Assembly (NCBI GenBank): GCA_900617105.1
Contig: UYFQ01000073.1
Coordinates: 1-51,418, forward strand
Source: Hydrurus foetidus
Lineage: Eukaryota
DNA: 51,418 bases
Direction: 5' to 3'
In this document: positions 49,046 to 51,418 of the stretch, one piece after another
Layout: every line of letters starts with the position of its first letter
How positions within the stretch are numbered: the first letter of the stretch is position 1
The notes under the pieces: model-generated
What the model was told of the DNA's origin: nothing
Databases searched by the model: none
The model's input: only the letters and a program-made list of their open reading frames with translations
Translations under genes and position numbers: made by a program

Positions 49046-49496
49046 TTTAAAGAGTAATTTATATCAATAGACTACAATGAATTGTACAATTAATTGTACA
49101 ATTCAATTATGCCTGAATAATTGCACAATTAATTGTGTGCAATCAATTGTACAATTAATTTAGTACAATTAATTGTACAATATCTAATAATTGGTCAGCC
49201 TCATAACATTAATTGCAATAATTGATTGTCAAGCCACCTGACCCCTACAATTAAATTGCAATTAATTTTTTTACATGCTTGGTGAAAGTTATGTTGACAA
49301 ACCCCGAACCGCAACCCGCTGGAGATTCTTTTAACCGAATCAGTTTGACTGTCCAGGATTCGATATTTCATATACAGGATCGGATCGGAAGGTATACAGT
49401 GTGCACCGTGTATTATCTATTCTCTCTGGTGTTTTGTCTCAAAATTATCCCGTTTCAAACAAAGAAGCTCAAAAGAATAAACGCGGATCGATATTA

Positions 49497-49551
49497 CGGG
49501 AGCAGAATAAAATGGTTCCTGTTTAGTATGGAGCATTTTATTCTGCTCCCG
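49497..49551. mobile_element. 55-bp mini-MITE / hairpin related to the 30008-30221 MITE
   Basis: Perfect inverted arms CGGGAGCAGAATAAAATG ... CATTTTATTCTGCTCCCG flanked by TA on both sides. It shares AGCAGAATAAAATG with the TIR of the intronic MITE. Confidence 0.7.
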
Positions 49552-49791
49552 TAATACTAATTTCTAACTTGACTATTTCTCTCTCGACGCAATCACTATC
49601 TTTCGATAGGGATTGCCTATTTCACTTTCTCAATTAATCTTTGCCTCTTGTTGTGCCAACACTTTACTGAACGTGTAGATCTGATGGCACATTGCTATGT
49701 AGTATCTGACATGACAAAATGAAGCACTTCATGTCTGTAGTTACTACAATTGTACTGCAAATGGTCATCCATGTTAAAACTTTCAGTTCTA

Positions 49792-50363
49792 TGTAGCTGT
49801 CTTGAATCCTTCAGTTCTTGAGGTACTATACCGTTCTACCCTCTCTCCTAAGTCAGGGCTTTTTACTGATGATATCCCCAAAGAGATTGTCCATCTGCTG
49901 GCTAGGTCATAGGAATCATCTTTCAGCGTTCGATTCGGAATTGCAATTTACCAGACTATCGGCGACTGTTCGACTTTTCTTTCTCTTCTCGGCAGAAACT
50001 ATTTCATGATGATAACTTTATCTAGCATTTTACGATGAGGAGGCTTCAACTGTTCCCTTCAACTGCTGGTGAGCGATTTCATGGTAAATCTTCTACAGGA
50101 GGTGTGGCCGAAGTCGGGGCCTAGGACGTTGGACGAAGGTTGTTGTTGGACGAAGGACGGTGGACGTGGAGCAAAGGAAACGATGCTGGGAGGAAAGAGT
50201 TGTGCTTATATCTTACAGTTGAATATATGAGGTGATGTGTATACTAAGAGTACTCACGTCATATAGGGAACTAAGACCTAAACTGGAATCTGGGCGTAAT
50301 GAGCCTATTGTACCTAGTGAACCTAGACACATTGTGTCCACGTAGGGATGCAATAAGGCTACA
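49792..50363 (-). mobile_element. 3' LTR of a Ty3/Gypsy retrotransposon
   Basis: On the minus strand a polypurine tract AAAAAAGGAAGAACGGGTAG directly precedes TGTAGC (50363). The matching inverted end GCTACA lies at 49797-49792. It sits about 200 bp downstream of the integrase-chromodomain stop. Confidence 0.7.
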
Positions 50364-50565
50364 CTACCCGTTCTTCCTTTTTTGAAAATGTACAAAATGA
50401 AAATGTGCGATGTAAAATATGAAAGAAATAGTAAATGTATATGAAAACTTGAAATAATTATGTCAGACTTTTACTGACTAAACTCTCCAAAAAAAGACAT
50501 TTTAGGTAAAAAAATTGGAGAGAATCCTCATGGATAAAGTTTCAAGGGTGTATGTATATATAAAG

Positions 50566-51418
50566 TTAACGGTGTTGTTTATTGATTAATTTTGTCATAT
50601 TATTATGACGTAAATAATCATGAAGTTTAACAACATCACGAAGACTTGAGTAAGGTTCCCAAGTGTTTTTATCAGAAGGGTAATTTAACCACTTTACTCA
50701 AAACTCTATATGAGTACGTTGATGTTTGCCACGATGATCAAGGATATCTTGAACAAAGTATTCCATATGATCACGTTGTGCAACATCTAACGGATTTGTG
50801 ATCGATGGGTCAAATAGAAAAGGTTTCATGGCAGATAAATAAAATTCTGATGTTTTCTGAGTGACTAGATCATATAAAGTGTAACGCGAATTTTCGCCAC
50901 TAACGACTTTTAATAGACCTCCCCAATGCGTGTGAAGACGTGAAGGAGGGGATCCATCCCGATAGTGCACTAAGACATAAGAGTCTTTTGGATACTCTAC
51001 ATGCTGAAAAATTTGAGACTGACTTTGATGAAGCAGATCTGTGCAAAGAAGTTCTTTAGCCGAAGCTTTCAGAAGGCTTTTTTGCATTTTGAGTAGATTG
51101 CTCATACGCTTTGACAAAGGTTTGTCATCAGTAACATATCGCTCAGCAGGTGGTAAAAAGATACCCCTATCGACGATTTTCAAACGATCACTGTGGTTCG
51201 AATTTAATATTTGTTGCACAAAGGGTAGTGACGTTTTATAATCTTCTAGTGTGACATTATCGAATGCTAATGCACGAAGATGTCTATTAACTTCTTTATT
51301 CATGCGCTCAACAATAGCATTTTCTTCTTTAGAATATGCTAAAGCTAGATAATGTTGAGTGCCAATAAGAGTTAGAAACTCTTTGATAACTTCGGAAATG
51401 AAGTGTGGCCCATTATAG
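50566..51418 (-). pseudogene. Degenerate Ty3/Gypsy (chromovirus-type) integrase C-terminus plus chromodomain; runs off the window
   Basis: Reads YNGPHF...AYSKEENAIVERMNKEV (integrase core, where the usual DNG reads YNG), SRLHTHWGGLLKV (GPY/F-like), then YFVQDILDHRG...IEF*VKWLNYPSDKNTWEPYSSLRDVVKLHDYL. The chromodomain is interrupted by an in-frame TGA at 50700-50698. Confidence 0.88.

Larger units (their letters stand above)
46416..49281 (+). mobile_element. Full-length hAT-superfamily DNA transposon (2,866 bp)
   Basis: Imperfect TIRs CAAGCATATCAAAACTTTAATTG (46416-) and CAAGCATGTAAAAAAATTAATTG (reverse complement, -49281), 19 of 23 identical. Perfect 8-bp TSD GTGAAAGT at 46408-46415 and 49282-49289. 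Many subterminal CAATTAATTG-like motifs at both ends; encodes a transposase. Confidence 0.95.

Overview
Intron-rich eukaryotic DNA read with the standard code. It is most likely from a flagellated, plastid-bearing stramenopile such as a chrysophyte-like ochrophyte; this is inferred from a bipartite plastid-targeting presequence and from ciliary genes. Genes were assembled by hand from GT-AG junctions. In order they are: a small plastid-targeted membrane protein, an HSF-type transcription factor, a Tctex-1 dynein light chain, a DHHC palmitoyltransferase, and an RIIa-domain (RSP11/ropporin-like) protein head-to-head with a DNAAF1/ODA7 gene that has an extra SANT/Myb-like C-terminus. Next comes a roughly 27-exon gene for a secreted protein of about 1,300 aa that joins EGF-like modules and phage tail-fibre-like glycine-rich repeats to a C-terminal Peptidase_S74 intramolecular chaperone. 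It lies head-to-head with a membrane-anchored GH26 glycoside hydrolase resembling beta-1,3-xylanases. The right end is a cluster of mobile elements: an intact hAT transposon with TIRs and a perfect 8-bp TSD that carries a nested tRNA-derived SINE-like insert, a 55-bp mini-MITE related to a 214-bp intronic MITE, and the decayed 3' end and 3' LTR of a chromodomain-bearing Ty3/Gypsy element. Introns are full of penta- and tetranucleotide microsatellites, which explain many spurious ORFs. The most striking candidate system is the secreted, self-cleaving, phage-fibre-like protein and its divergent GH26 neighbour. No searches were run; all family calls come from motif recognition.
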